64,000 nucleotides of DNA from Gemmatimonadaceae bacterium. GTDB taxonomy: Bacteria; Gemmatimonadota; Gemmatimonadetes; Gemmatimonadales; Gemmatimonadaceae. The notes under the pieces are model-generated. The model was not told where the DNA came from. It saw only the letters and a list, made by a program, of their open reading frames with translations, and searched no databases. The stretch covers positions 928,001 to 992,000 of the forward strand of contig JBJMOW010000005.1 of assembly GCA_045803545.1 (NCBI GenBank). The letters run 5' to 3'. Below, piece by piece: positions 48,631 to 58,075 of this stretch; position 1 is the first letter of the stretch, and each line of letters starts with the position of its first letter. The position numbers and the translations under genes were made by a program.

Positions 48631-49010
48631 AGGACGTACTGGGCCTCGCCGTTACCAAAGGACCAATTTTCCTTCGGAACTTCAACAAAGTTGATGAGGA
48701 CGTCTTCCTTGCGAATCTTTACTCCTTCGTGGAGATGGTCCGCTAGCGCTCTGTAGAAACGTTGCTTCAACTCCGTTGAACGGCCGCTATTCAATGTGAT
48801 CTGAAACAAGATGCAATCGTCCGACCGATGTATGCCGAGATACTCTCGATCAAATGGAAGGCTCGCCTTCGTGTGTTCCGTGATTACCTGAAATCGGTCG
48901 TGCTCCGGAACATTGAGAACATCCACCAGGGTCTGGTAAAGGATGTCGCCGACTTGAGCACGGTACTGTTCTGATTTCCCCTCGAGTAGATCGATGCGGA
49001 CTAAAGGCAC
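48627..49010 (-). CDS. Tautomerase family protein (Pro-1; MSAD/YusQ-like)
   Basis: (M)PLVRIDL, DRFQVI, ENWSFGNG; GAGGAG RBS. Confidence 0.9.
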   Translation of the reverse strand: MPLVRIDLLEGKSEQYRAQVGDILYQTLVDVLNVPEHDRFQVITEHTKASLPFDREYLGIHRSDDCILFQITLNSGRSTELKQRFYRALADHLHEGVKIRKEDVLINFVEVPKENWSFGNGEAQYVL

Positions 49011-49100
49011 TTCTCCTCCTCAAACGATGGAGCGGATTATGGGACGCTATTGCCTGGAGCCCAGGCGGTATCGAGATGGGCCTGCATGAAGACACTAGGG

Positions 49101-50009
49101 TTAAGACACAAGCGCGGATTGCGGCACCTCGATTTCGCCGCTCGCGATCCGGGCCGCTGCGCCACCAACGCTGAGAGACGTCACGCCGCCGTCGATCTTA
49201 CGCGCCTCTGTTTCGATTTCGCTTCGGCGGCCCATCAAGACGCCTTGCTGGATCGAAAGGCGATAGCCACTCCCGCCAAAATCGGGCTTCGATGCCATTG
49301 CCCCGACGAGGGCGGCACAAGCAGCGCCTGTCGCGGAATCTTCTTCGATGCCGAGCGCGGGTGCCCACATGCGAGCATAGAGCTTCCCGCCATCCCGTAG
49401 ATTTCCGGCAAAGAAGAAGAGGTGGGGAGACCACGCGCACGAGAGCGTTGCCGCCCAGGCAGCCCGATTGATCGTCGCCCGATCGACGATCTCGTTCGAG
49501 CTCAGTTGCGCAAAACAGAACGGAACACCGGCGCCCGCGAAAAATACCTGGCTCACCTCGGCGGGCTCGATCGAAAGGACGGCGGCGAGATCAGTGAGAG
49601 AAGGTGCGCCGGTCGGTGCCTCGATCTTCCCCGATAACCTCAACGTGCCGTGGAAGCCCTCGTTTCGCTGGGCGACATCGACTGTCACGAGCCCGGCATT
49701 CTCCTCAAGAATGAGCCGGATCGGATCCGGAAACCGCACGCGCTCGTTCATCACGAGCGCACAGGCTGTACCAACTGAAGGATGCCCCGCGAAGTCAAGC
49801 TCCGTTCGAGGTGTGAAGATGCGCACCCGACACGTGTTCGCAGGATCTTTCCTCGGCAGCACAAAGGTCGTTTCCGCGAAATTGAATTCGCGAGCAATCT
49901 TCTGCATGCCCTCAGTCGAGATAAGGGCCGCGTCAGGCAGCCCCGCTAGTTGATTGCCACCGAACGGTGTCGAGCTGAAAACATCGAGGATATGAAATGT
50001 GTACTTCAT
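49101..50009 (-). CDS. PhzF-family isomerase
   Basis: DVFS..FGGNQLA, FNFAETTF, RIFTP.TELDFAGHP, EDSATG. Confidence 0.9.
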   Translation of the reverse strand: MKYTFHILDVFSSTPFGGNQLAGLPDAALISTEGMQKIAREFNFAETTFVLPRKDPANTCRVRIFTPRTELDFAGHPSVGTACALVMNERVRFPDPIRLILEENAGLVTVDVAQRNEGFHGTLRLSGKIEAPTGAPSLTDLAAVLSIEPAEVSQVFFAGAGVPFCFAQLSSNEIVDRATINRAAWAATLSCAWSPHLFFFAGNLRDGGKLYARMWAPALGIEEDSATGAACAALVGAMASKPDFGGSGYRLSIQQGVLMGRRSEIETEARKIDGGVTSLSVGGAAARIASGEIEVPQSALVS

Positions 50010-50031
50010 GAGCTCAATCCCGGGCGTCGCC

Positions 50032-50412
50032 TCAAGCCTTGACGACAAGGTCGATTTCAACGCACGCGCCAAGCGGTAGCTCGGCCGCCCCGATCGTGGT
50101 GCGAGCGGGAAAGGGCGGACTGAAATACCTCGCGTAGATGCCATTCATCGCGGCGAAGTCACTTATGCTCGTGAGAAAAACACGCGCCTGCGCGACATCA
50201 TCGAAACTCTTGCCGGCGGCCCTGAGAACCGCCGAGAGATTCTGGAAGACGCGCTCCGTCTCGGGCACAATGCCTCCCTCGACCACCTTGCCAGTGGCCG
50301 GGTCTTGGGCGACCTGCCCGCTGAAGAAGAGAAAACCATCGATTTTGACTGCCTGGGAAAACGGGCCGACGGGCGGCGCGAGTTCAGGCGAGGCGATAGC
50401 AGTCTTGCTCAC
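50032..50412 (-). CDS. RidA / YjgF family imine deaminase
   Basis: PVGPFSQAV, SGQV, MNGIY..YF..PFPARTT, VEIDLV. Confidence 0.92.
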   Translation of the reverse strand: MSKTAIASPELAPPVGPFSQAVKIDGFLFFSGQVAQDPATGKVVEGGIVPETERVFQNLSAVLRAAGKSFDDVAQARVFLTSISDFAAMNGIYARYFSPPFPARTTIGAAELPLGACVEIDLVVKA

Positions 50413-50417
50413 GGTTC

Positions 50418-50969
50418 TTACCAGTTGGCGATCGGCGGACGTTGGTCCTTCCACCGCTGCTGGCTTAGTGGCTCGGAAGATAGGAGGATCCATTGGTTGT
50501 CGTTCAATTTTCTCCAGGCATCCCGTGCAACCAACACTCTGTACTCCTTGCCCGTTTTGCCATCTTTGTCCTTGGTGTCGATCTCTACTTTCGCAGATAT
50601 GACTGCGGACCAGTCGTTGTCTTTGGGTTCGACCGTGAGCACGGTTTCGTCAAATCGCGTTATCCTGAGGGAAGGCACGCGATCGATAAACTCCTGCCGT
50701 GTGTATTTTCGGTCGGAAGTTTGGAAGTAGAAATCCGGAGCCAGCATCCTTTCGATCGTGTTCATGTCCAGCGTCAAACGCGCTTTGGCCCACTCCGCGT
50801 AACCGGCCTGAATCGCTGTTCGTGCTGCTGCCGGACTGACGGCAGCAGCACTTTGCGCGGCGGCTGCACCCGTCACGGTTACCGCCAACAAGGTGGGGGC
50901 CAGAATGCGCCGACCCAGATTCCGGTATGGAAAGCTGCGGCGCATTGAATCTGCCAATCTCGATTTCAT
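50418..50969 (-). CDS. Secreted NTF2-like (DUF4440) protein
   Basis: Signal peptide; LAPDF and RDAWRK...W pattern; AGGAG RBS. Confidence 0.75.
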   Translation of the reverse strand: MKSRLADSMRRSFPYRNLGRRILAPTLLAVTVTGAAAAQSAAAVSPAAARTAIQAGYAEWAKARLTLDMNTIERMLAPDFYFQTSDRKYTRQEFIDRVPSLRITRFDETVLTVEPKDNDWSAVISAKVEIDTKDKDGKTGKEYRVLVARDAWRKLNDNQWILLSSEPLSQQRWKDQRPPIANW

Positions 50970-51108
50970 TCGCTTCCTCTCCTTCTGTGGATGCCCCGGG
51001 GTTCGACAAGTCGCCCGCATGTGAAGAATGGTTACGACAGGTTCGCACTTGCGTCAAATGCAATCTTTGCAACATCATATTGCTTGCTGAGCAACTGGGG
51101 ATGGTGTC

Positions 51109-52017
51109 ATGCTCGATGAGATCCGGACGTTCGTCGTCCTGGCTGAATCAGGGTCGTTACAACGGGCAGCCGAACGGCTGTTCCTGACGCCGTCGGCGGT
51201 CACGCGGCAGATTCAGCGTCTCGAGGCGTCCTTGAAGATGACTCTACTCGATCGTCGTGTGAAACCAGGACTGATTACGCGTGAGGGCCGCGCGGTGCTC
51301 GATCGCGGGCGGCATATGCTGCGCATCATGGACGATCTCAAGGCGAGCGGGTCGGAAGACGCCGAGCCGAGCGGGGGCTTTCGCGTCGGACTGTCGCATG
51401 CGCTTGCGCAACCGAGCCTCGTCGCGTCGATCCAGCGGTTGACGAGTCGCTTCCCCCGGCTTAGCCCAGTGCTGAGCACTGAGCTCCGCCAGAAGCTCAT
51501 AGAGCAGGTGCGGAGCGGCGAACTCGATGTGGCACTGGCACTCCTCGCGACTGACGACGCAGTGCCCGCCGATGTGGCCAGCAGCGTGTTGGCTACAGAA
51601 CGTCTGGTATTGGTCAGAGCGAGGGGACCGCAACCCCGCGCGCGGCGTAACAGCAAATCGAAAGATCGCGATCTCGACGCGCGCTGGGTCCTCAACCCGC
51701 CCGGGTGCTTTATTCGTCGGTCAGTCGAGACGAAGTTGCGCGAGCTCGGCTCTCCCTTCGAGGTCGCCTCCGAGATCAACAATATCGACATGCAATTGTC
51801 TCTCGTAGCGAGCGGGATGGGCCTCGGCCTTATTCCGGCGAGATTTCTCGCCTCGCATCCGAAGCGTCGGCGGGTGGAGCGAATCACCCGGTCCGGCATC
51901 AGCATTGAGGCTTCGATTGTGTTCATGCAAGCCGGCCATTTGGGCCGGCTCGAAACCGCGGCGACATTTCTCCAGCAAGAGCTACGAGAGCATTTCGCGG
52001 AGCGCGGGGTCCGTTGA
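51109..52017 (+). CDS. LysR-family regulator
   Basis: GSLQRAAERLFLTPSAVTRQIQRLE. Confidence 0.93.
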   Translation: MLDEIRTFVVLAESGSLQRAAERLFLTPSAVTRQIQRLEASLKMTLLDRRVKPGLITREGRAVLDRGRHMLRIMDDLKASGSEDAEPSGGFRVGLSHALAQPSLVASIQRLTSRFPRLSPVLSTELRQKLIEQVRSGELDVALALLATDDAVPADVASSVLATERLVLVRARGPQPRARRNSKSKDRDLDARWVLNPPGCFIRRSVETKLRELGSPFEVASEINNIDMQLSLVASGMGLGLIPARFLASHPKRRRVERITRSGISIEASIVFMQAGHLGRLETAATFLQQELREHFAERGVR

Positions 52018-52103
52018 GTTGGTGCCAATGATGTATGACGATGCGCCGATGCACCGCCGCAAACTTGACCGCTATCGCGCCGGCGGCTCAAATCGCGTCC
52101 TGG

Positions 52104-52631
52104 CTAATCTCGGCTGCGGAGGATCCGGGCGACGAACTGCGCCTTGCCGGCGATGTAAGACTCTCGATCTCGAGGAAAACGAGCTGCCAAAGCGTGCTTC
52201 AGGTCCGCGTACGCTCTCGCTTCGTCGGGGTGCGCGCGCAGATGATTCCGGAACGCGAGGTAGTCGCACCACAAATCGCTGTCTCGAACAACCAGATGAA
52301 CGTGATGCTGACGCGGGACTCCGCGCCGGAAGAAGTGGCGGCCCGGAATGCCCTGCTCGCCGCGGTAGATATAGCCAGTCTCCTGCAATGCGGTGATCGC
52401 GACAGTGAAAAGGCTCGCGTCCTCGACGCCCACCACCATATCCAGAATTGGTTTGGCAGCAAGCCTTGGGACGGAGGTGCTGCCGATATGTTCGATCGTG
52501 GCAGCTACGCCGAAGTTTTTCAACACGGAGTCAATTGCCACCCGTTCCGCCTGAAACAACGCTGGCCAGGTCTGATCATACGGGACGATACGGACTTCGC
52601 CGCTTTCAAGACCCAGCGATTTATCTGTCAC
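52104..52631 (-). CDS. GrpB-family protein (nucleotidyltransferase-like fold)
   Basis: IEHIGSTSVPRLAAKPILD, FRNHLR, Y..LK; GTGA overlap. Confidence 0.9.
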   Translation of the reverse strand: MTDKSLGLESGEVRIVPYDQTWPALFQAERVAIDSVLKNFGVAATIEHIGSTSVPRLAAKPILDMVVGVEDASLFTVAITALQETGYIYRGEQGIPGRHFFRRGVPRQHHVHLVVRDSDLWCDYLAFRNHLRAHPDEARAYADLKHALAARFPRDRESYIAGKAQFVARILRSRD

Positions 52632-53992
52632 GATCTTCCAGGTCGAATGGCTGAAGTCTTCTTGCGGACTACCGCGGTCATGAACCGCCCCGTTAAAAGG
52701 TTTCTGAGGTAGTCGAATACCTCCAGACGCCGACCCCACCAAATCCGGAGCGCGCGCGGTCGAATGAACCATAGTGTGCGTAGCGTGAGGTACCCTTCGC
52801 CTCCGAGCATCGGGATAACCCAGAACCAGATCTCCCGATTTTCGTAGCCGGGGAGAACGCGCGCGCGGAATCGTGCCCCGATCGAGAGATCCGCCCAGCC
52901 CCAATCGTGATCGACTGCTTCGGCAAGTACCTCGCTTGCCAGGCGGTATTGTATCGACTCGTTCTCCAATTCCGCGGCGGGCCGGCGCTGGACTTGATCG
53001 TTCGCAACGAGATAGCCCCACGGATAATCGCTCAAAATGAAAGCAAAACGGGGCAGCTTGCGTCGAAACAACGTGGGTACGCGTTCGACAAGCTTGCGCG
53101 TGAACGAACGCATTTTGTGGTCGAGATCGTCGAGCGGCACGCCGTCTAGTGCCGTTACGTAACTCTCATCGCGTTGTGCAGCTTCGAAGCGAGCTCGGTG
53201 AGCTTCGTCGCTTGAGACTTCGCCTCGCTCAATCGAGTCGCCCGGATACAGCACCGTAAGCTTCGCCGTGCTCACCTTCACAAGCTCGTCCAGCCCCATC
53301 TTGTGCTGGTTCATGTGCGTGTTGTCGCCGTTACAGAACCGCACGAAGCTCGCGAACGGAATCATATGCCTCGGCTTCAGCGTCTGAGCGAATGAGTCGA
53401 ACCGACGCACGAGGTCCTCGCGAGTGAAGTCTGGTTGCACATTGTCGTAGCAGTACGGATACCCCTGTGCGATCGCGAACTGCGCGGCGCAATAATCGAC
53501 ACGTGGAAACCGCTTTGCCAGATCGATCAACGTCGAGCCTCGCAGCGGGGCGTCGTTGATGTTCACGAGCGTTTCGTCTCCGTGGCCGACCACCACCAAC
53601 AGGGAGTCGTCCATCCGGAATTGCTGGCTGAAAAAGCTTACTCGAGGAAACGCACGGAACTCGACGCCCGGTGTCATCTCGATCACTGCTCGAAATCCCA
53701 GCTCGCGCAGATCTCGAGCGATCGTATCGTGAAAGAACTCCGCGACGAAGACCGGGATGTCTCCGCCACGTTCTTCTCTTATCTGCTCGAGGGTGGGCCT
53801 GTGATAATGATCCGGGTGTGCGTGCGAGACAAAGATTGCGTCGAGGGAGCGAAAATCGGGTAACGCGGGCGGTGGGGGGCAAAGCTCCCACGCATTGTGA
53901 TAGATGCGTCCCGAGTACCACGGGTCGGTCAACAGCCGCATCCCGTTCGTCTCGATAAGCAGAGACGCGTGGCTAACGAGAGTGATCTTCAC
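52628..53992 (-). CDS. MBL-fold metalloprotein (UlaG / CMAH-like)
   Basis: HAS, TDPW, SHAHPDH, NIND, IPFAS. Confidence 0.85.
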   Translation of the reverse strand: MKITLVSHASLLIETNGMRLLTDPWYSGRIYHNAWELCPPPPALPDFRSLDAIFVSHAHPDHYHRPTLEQIREERGGDIPVFVAEFFHDTIARDLRELGFRAVIEMTPGVEFRAFPRVSFFSQQFRMDDSLLVVVGHGDETLVNINDAPLRGSTLIDLAKRFPRVDYCAAQFAIAQGYPYCYDNVQPDFTREDLVRRFDSFAQTLKPRHMIPFASFVRFCNGDNTHMNQHKMGLDELVKVSTAKLTVLYPGDSIERGEVSSDEAHRARFEAAQRDESYVTALDGVPLDDLDHKMRSFTRKLVERVPTLFRRKLPRFAFILSDYPWGYLVANDQVQRRPAAELENESIQYRLASEVLAEAVDHDWGWADLSIGARFRARVLPGYENREIWFWVIPMLGGEGYLTLRTLWFIRPRALRIWWGRRLEVFDYLRNLLTGRFMTAVVRKKTSAIRPGRS

Positions 53993-54687
53993 CTGGCCGT
54001 CACGTTGACCGGGAACCTGGTGTCGTCGACCCCTTTGAAGAGGAGCCAGAGTGCCAGCGAGCTCTCGCCAACGAACGCCGGTAGCAGTATCACCGGAACG
54101 AGACGGCGGGCAAAAGCCGGCGCGACGATCAGCGCGAAGCTGTTAACGAGATAGCAGGTTCCCGCCGCAAACATTAACCCACCGATGATCTTCGGCAGAT
54201 ATCCCGAGCGGTAAATCAGATATCCGAGGATGAGGCACTCGAAGCCGAAGAAAATGAGCGCCGCGCCAAAGCCGTAGTCGTACTCGACCATCGCCAGGTA
54301 CGTCACCGCAGATCGCTGATCCGGGGTGAACGCGCCGAGGTAGGGCGCGTGACCCAGCGGCAGGATGACCGCCACCAGGATCAGGTCGGCGACTGCTTCT
54401 ACGGTGAGAGAAACGAGGTTGAAAAAAATCGCGATGCCGGCGAGCAGCGAATTGACGGGGCTGAGCAGCCGGTACAGAATCATCGCCAGAACTATCGAGC
54501 ACCCAAGGACGAGAAAATCCGAGGCGATACCAATTCGCCACAGACTCTCCATCGACCGCAAGTTCTCCGCGGTAAGCGCGGGATTGCCTGATACGACGAG
54601 TCGCTCGCGGATCAGCGACGCTTCGCAGACACCGAGCGCGATGATCGTTGCGTAAAGAGCACCGCCAATTCGCGACAGCCGACGCAT
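53989..54687 (-). CDS. DUF4386-family membrane protein
   Basis: R.GG.LY, GNPALTAEN, FFG...GYLIYRSGYLPK, GE..LALWLLFKGV. Confidence 0.85.
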   Translation of the reverse strand: MRRLSRIGGALYATIIALGVCEASLIRERLVVSGNPALTAENLRSMESLWRIGIASDFLVLGCSIVLAMILYRLLSPVNSLLAGIAIFFNLVSLTVEAVADLILVAVILPLGHAPYLGAFTPDQRSAVTYLAMVEYDYGFGAALIFFGFECLILGYLIYRSGYLPKIIGGLMFAAGTCYLVNSFALIVAPAFARRLVPVILLPAFVGESSLALWLLFKGVDDTRFPVNVTAR

Positions 54688-54738
54688 AGGTACCGTGCCT
54701 CTCCGAAAAAAGAGGATGGTAAACCGCGCGCGGGAGAT

Positions 54739-54755
54739 GTCTTGAACGATGTTGC
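54739..54755 (-). promoter_or_regulatory. Putative AraC binding site GCAACATCGTTCAAGAC
   Basis: Shared 17-mer motif; TACCAT -10 element 17 nt downstream. Confidence 0.6.
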
Positions 54756-54788
54756 GCTGACGTGCTCGCTCGCGCGCCGGCGTCGCGT

Positions 54789-54805
54789 GCAATAACGTTC
54801 AAGAC
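54789..54805 (+). promoter_or_regulatory. Putative AraC binding site GCAATAACGTTCAAGAC
   Basis: Shared 17-mer motif upstream of the AraC gene. Confidence 0.6.
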
Positions 54806-54860
54806 AAACAAAGCGTGGCAGCGTAGAAGTTCTGCTCGCTCATATCGCCCGGAGGGCACA

Positions 54861-55679
54861 GTTCACACTGCTCGCGTCCGCGGAGCACCGCTTCCCGGCG
54901 TGTATACCACCTACACGCGAAGCGACTACCGCTTTGGTAAGCATTGGCATGACGTGTACGGCTTCGGATTACTCGAGGACGGCGCGCAGAGCTGGCTGAG
55001 CGGCCGAGGACAAGTGCGCGCTTACGCCGGGAGCGTGATCTCCACGAACCCGGGCGAGGTGCACGATGGCGAACCCCTCGGCGCGTCGACTCGGCAGTGG
55101 CGGATCATCTCCGTCAGCATCGATGCCATGGCAGGCTTTACCGACACTTTGCCGGGGGCGCTTTCGATTTCGCGGCCAGTCATCGAAGATCCGCTATTCG
55201 CTTCGGTGCTGAAGCGCGTCTTCGCAACGCTCGACAGGCTTTCGAATCACGGGCAGAAGGATGTAACCGGACGGCTCGCGTACGAAGAAGCGCTGATTGG
55301 CGCGTGCACGCTGCTCATGAAGCGGCATGGAACGCCGCGGCTGCAGACTCGGCCGGCCGCGGCAGCCGTCCATCGCGCACGCGAGCGGCTACTCGAGGAT
55401 CCGGCCAATCCTCCGACGCTCTCGGAGCTGGCAGCTTTGACAGGCCTCAGCAGGTATCAGCTTCTTCGGCGATTCACGAAAGTGTTCGGGTTGCCGCCGC
55501 ACGCCTGTCTCATTCAACATCGCATCGAGCAGGCGCGGACGCTCATTCGCGCCGGGCGTTCATTGGCGGCGGCCGCGACCAGTGTCGGTTTTGCAGATCA
55601 GAGCCATATGACCCGCTTCTTCACGCGACACTACGGCTACACACCGGGTGAGTGGAAGAGAGCGGTAGCGCCGCAATAG
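54861..55679 (+). CDS. AraC-family regulator (AraC_binding cupin + HTH)
   Basis: KHWHD, NPGEVHDG, GFADQSHMTR; start uncertain (GTT 54861 or GTG 54900). Confidence 0.9.
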   Translation, partial: VHTARVRGAPLPGVYTTYTRSDYRFGKHWHDVYGFGLLEDGAQSWLSGRGQVRAYAGSVISTNPGEVHDGEPLGASTRQWRIISVSIDAMAGFTDTLPGALSISRPVIEDPLFASVLKRVFATLDRLSNHGQKDVTGRLAYEEALIGACTLLMKRHGTPRLQTRPAAAAVHRARERLLEDPANPPTLSELAALTGLSRYQLLRRFTKVFGLPPHACLIQHRIEQARTLIRAGRSLAAAATSVGFADQSHMTRFFTRHYGYTPGEWKRAVAPQ

Positions 55680-55689
55680 CATTCAAGAT
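55673..55689 (+). promoter_or_regulatory. Putative AraC binding site GCAATAGCATTCAAGAT
   Basis: Shared motif; TACAGT at 55709 followed by the GTG start. Confidence 0.55.
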
Positions 55690-55719
55690 TCGCACTGGAG
55701 TTCCGCGTTACAGTCATGT

Positions 55720-56541
55720 GTGACTCACGCCGGCGTTCAATACATCCACGGTTATCACGAGCGCGAGAGCGACCGGCTGCGAGCGCAGGCATGGTCGGTC
55801 GAGGATCATCTGCATCTCGACACACGTTACGCATCCGGTTCCCTCGTACTCGAGGCAGGCTGCGGAACCGGGGCCCAGACGGTGACTCTTGCGCGCAATA
55901 ATCCGCGCACGCGAATCGTGGCGGTCGATCGCTCGCGCGTCTCGCTCGACGAGGCTCGCGCACGAGTCGAAGGTGCGAAGCTGTCGAACGTCGAGTTTCA
56001 TCAGGCCGATCTGTTCGATCTTCCATTCGCGTACCGCTCGTTCGACCATGTCTTCCTCTGCTTTGTCCTGGAGCACCTTCCGAATCCGCGCCACGCACTG
56101 GCGAGGCTGCGCAAGCTGCTGAAGTCAGGTGGCACCCTGACGACCTTCGAAGGTGATCATGGCTCGGTGTTGTTTCATCCGGAGAGTGACTCGGCAAGGC
56201 GCGCAGTGGCATGCCAGGTGGAGCTGCAACGGCGGTCCGGCGGAGACGCAAACATCGGCCGACGTCTGTATCCGCTGCTTCGCGCCGCGGGTTACATCGA
56301 CGTCAGGGTCACCCCGTGCCCTGTCTACGTCGACGGAAGTCGTCCAAAGCTGATCGACGCGTTTACGCGACAGACTTTCACGGGAATGGTCGCGGATGTT
56401 CGTGAGCGCGCGATTGCGGCTGCGATGATCGACAGCGACGACTTCGACCGCGGCGTGCGTGACCTCGATCGAGTCGCGTCCGACGGCGTGTTTTGCTACA
56501 CGTTCTTCAAGGGCAAAGCAGTCTGCCCACGCGGTAGATGA
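55720..56541 (+). CDS. Class I SAM-dependent methyltransferase
   Basis: YIHGY..RE..RL, VLEAGCGTG, FDHVFLCFVLEHL, FCYTFFK. Confidence 0.9.
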   Translation: MTHAGVQYIHGYHERESDRLRAQAWSVEDHLHLDTRYASGSLVLEAGCGTGAQTVTLARNNPRTRIVAVDRSRVSLDEARARVEGAKLSNVEFHQADLFDLPFAYRSFDHVFLCFVLEHLPNPRHALARLRKLLKSGGTLTTFEGDHGSVLFHPESDSARRAVACQVELQRRSGGDANIGRRLYPLLRAAGYIDVRVTPCPVYVDGSRPKLIDAFTRQTFTGMVADVRERAIAAAMIDSDDFDRGVRDLDRVASDGVFCYTFFKGKAVCPRGR

Positions 56542-56573
56542 TGTTCCGCAGGAAGATCTTCACACACCGGGAG

Positions 56574-57191
56574 TCATTCTGGCGGCGGCGTGCGGGGCGC
56601 CTCCGGATACTGCTTGAGCAAGGCCGCCAGTGGCGGGACTCCGTACACCGCTCGCTCCGCGTCGGTTGTCTTGCGATCGATCGGAGCCAGCTCCTCCTGG
56701 CCGGTCTTCTGATTGATGAAGCGGTTGGTTCCATATTTCTGGTAACCCGCCGTCATGCTGAGATAGCGATCGATGCTTTGCGCGACGAGCACCCGCGAGC
56801 GCTGATCGCCGCGCTCAAACGCTGCTTTGGCGAGAAGGTGCGCGAGGAGATAGTCGTGCGGACTCACGGCGACCAGTCTCTCGTTGCGAAAAGTCATCGG
56901 CGAGTGCTGGAGCACCAGCGCCGCGTTGAACTGATCCTCGCGCGTTTGCACGCGTGCGTTGGCGATCTCATTCAGCACCAGCTGGATGCGGTCTTCGTCG
57001 GAGCGGGCAACCGAATCGCCGGTTCGTGACGCCACATCCTCCTTCATCAGCACTTCGAGAAGTGGGTTGGCCTCTGTAACTCCGGAGTGACCGGTTGCAC
57101 AGCCCGCGTTCCACAGTGCTATAGCTGCGGTTGCGGCGATAAGGAGTATTGGTCGTCGAGTCATCGGTGTCGGCTGATTTCGAGTGGGCAT
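56574..57191 (-). CDS. Hypothetical lipoprotein (helical; DRYL...QKYGT family)
   Basis: Lipobox NAGC; AALVLQH, IDRYL, QKYGT; GGAGG RBS. Confidence 0.75.
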   Translation of the reverse strand: MPTRNQPTPMTRRPILLIAATAAIALWNAGCATGHSGVTEANPLLEVLMKEDVASRTGDSVARSDEDRIQLVLNEIANARVQTREDQFNAALVLQHSPMTFRNERLVAVSPHDYLLAHLLAKAAFERGDQRSRVLVAQSIDRYLSMTAGYQKYGTNRFINQKTGQEELAPIDRKTTDAERAVYGVPPLAALLKQYPEAPRTPPPE

Positions 57192-57224
57192 TCCCCCTCC
57201 AAACAACATCAAGGACGCATCGGT

Positions 57225-57241
57225 GTCTTGAACGATCTGAG
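57225..57241 (-). promoter_or_regulatory. Putative AraC binding site CTCAGATCGTTCAAGAC
   Basis: TGTCTTGAACGAT is identical to the site at 54739. Confidence 0.5.
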
Positions 57242-57328
57242 CACGGCATAACTGATTCTTTAGTTTTTCTTGAAACCCGTGCTGGCCAGTCGGCGTACGG
57301 GAAACGACCACCCTATGGAGCCAGAAGG

Positions 57329-58075
57329 ATGACCGCTGTTACTTCGATAGACCAGCCGCCGGAGATGAGCGCACGAACCAAGGGAAGGTTCGCCGCGGTG
57401 GTGTATCTCCTTTACATCATCGCCGGAGTAATCGCGCAGGGTTTCATCAGCGATCGGCTGGTCGTTCTGCGCGACGCCGCGACGACCTCCGCCAACATTC
57501 TCGCCAACCAATCCACATACTCGCTTGGCCTCACCGTCTATCTGATCGAAATGGCGGGGCAGATCATCACGGCGGTGTTGTTTTATCAATTGCTGAAACC
57601 CGTGAGCCGAACCGGCGCAATGCTCGCCGCCGCGTTCGAGCTGACTGGATGCGGGATCAAAATCTTCAGCCGCCTCTTTTACTTCGTACCGTTATTGGTC
57701 CTGGGTCGCGCGGCTCCCTCGCTGAGCGCGTTCAACAAGGAGCAGCTCGACGCAATCGCTCTGCTGCTGCTCAAGATCAACGATAACGGCGCAGCAATCG
57801 CGCTCGCATTCTTTGGATTCTCCACGCTGTTGCAGGGCTGGCTGATTTACAGATCCGGGTTTCTGCCGCGCTGGCTTGGCGTCATCGGAATGATCGGCGG
57901 CCTGGGTTGGCTGACCTTCCTTTCTCCGCCGCTGGGAATGAGCGTGTTCATCTACGTGGCGGTGTACGCGTTGCTTGGAGTGCTGATAACAATCGTTTGG
58001 CTCCTGACCGTTGGTGTCGACGAGCAGCGGTGGAGACAGCGCGCCGCCCAGGAGGCGATATCGATCTGGAAATAG
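57329..58075 (+). CDS. DUF4386-family membrane protein
   Basis: DAATTSANI, FFG...LIYRSGFLPRWLG, WLLTVGVD. Confidence 0.85.
   Translation: MTAVTSIDQPPEMSARTKGRFAAVVYLLYIIAGVIAQGFISDRLVVLRDAATTSANILANQSTYSLGLTVYLIEMAGQIITAVLFYQLLKPVSRTGAMLAAAFELTGCGIKIFSRLFYFVPLLVLGRAAPSLSAFNKEQLDAIALLLLKINDNGAAIALAFFGFSTLLQGWLIYRSGFLPRWLGVIGMIGGLGWLTFLSPPLGMSVFIYVAVYALLGVLITIVWLLTVGVDEQRWRQRAAQEAISIWK

Noticed and set aside
49101..50009. Phenazine biosynthesis cluster
   Set aside because: Only a PhzF-family gene is present; no phzA/B/D/E/G
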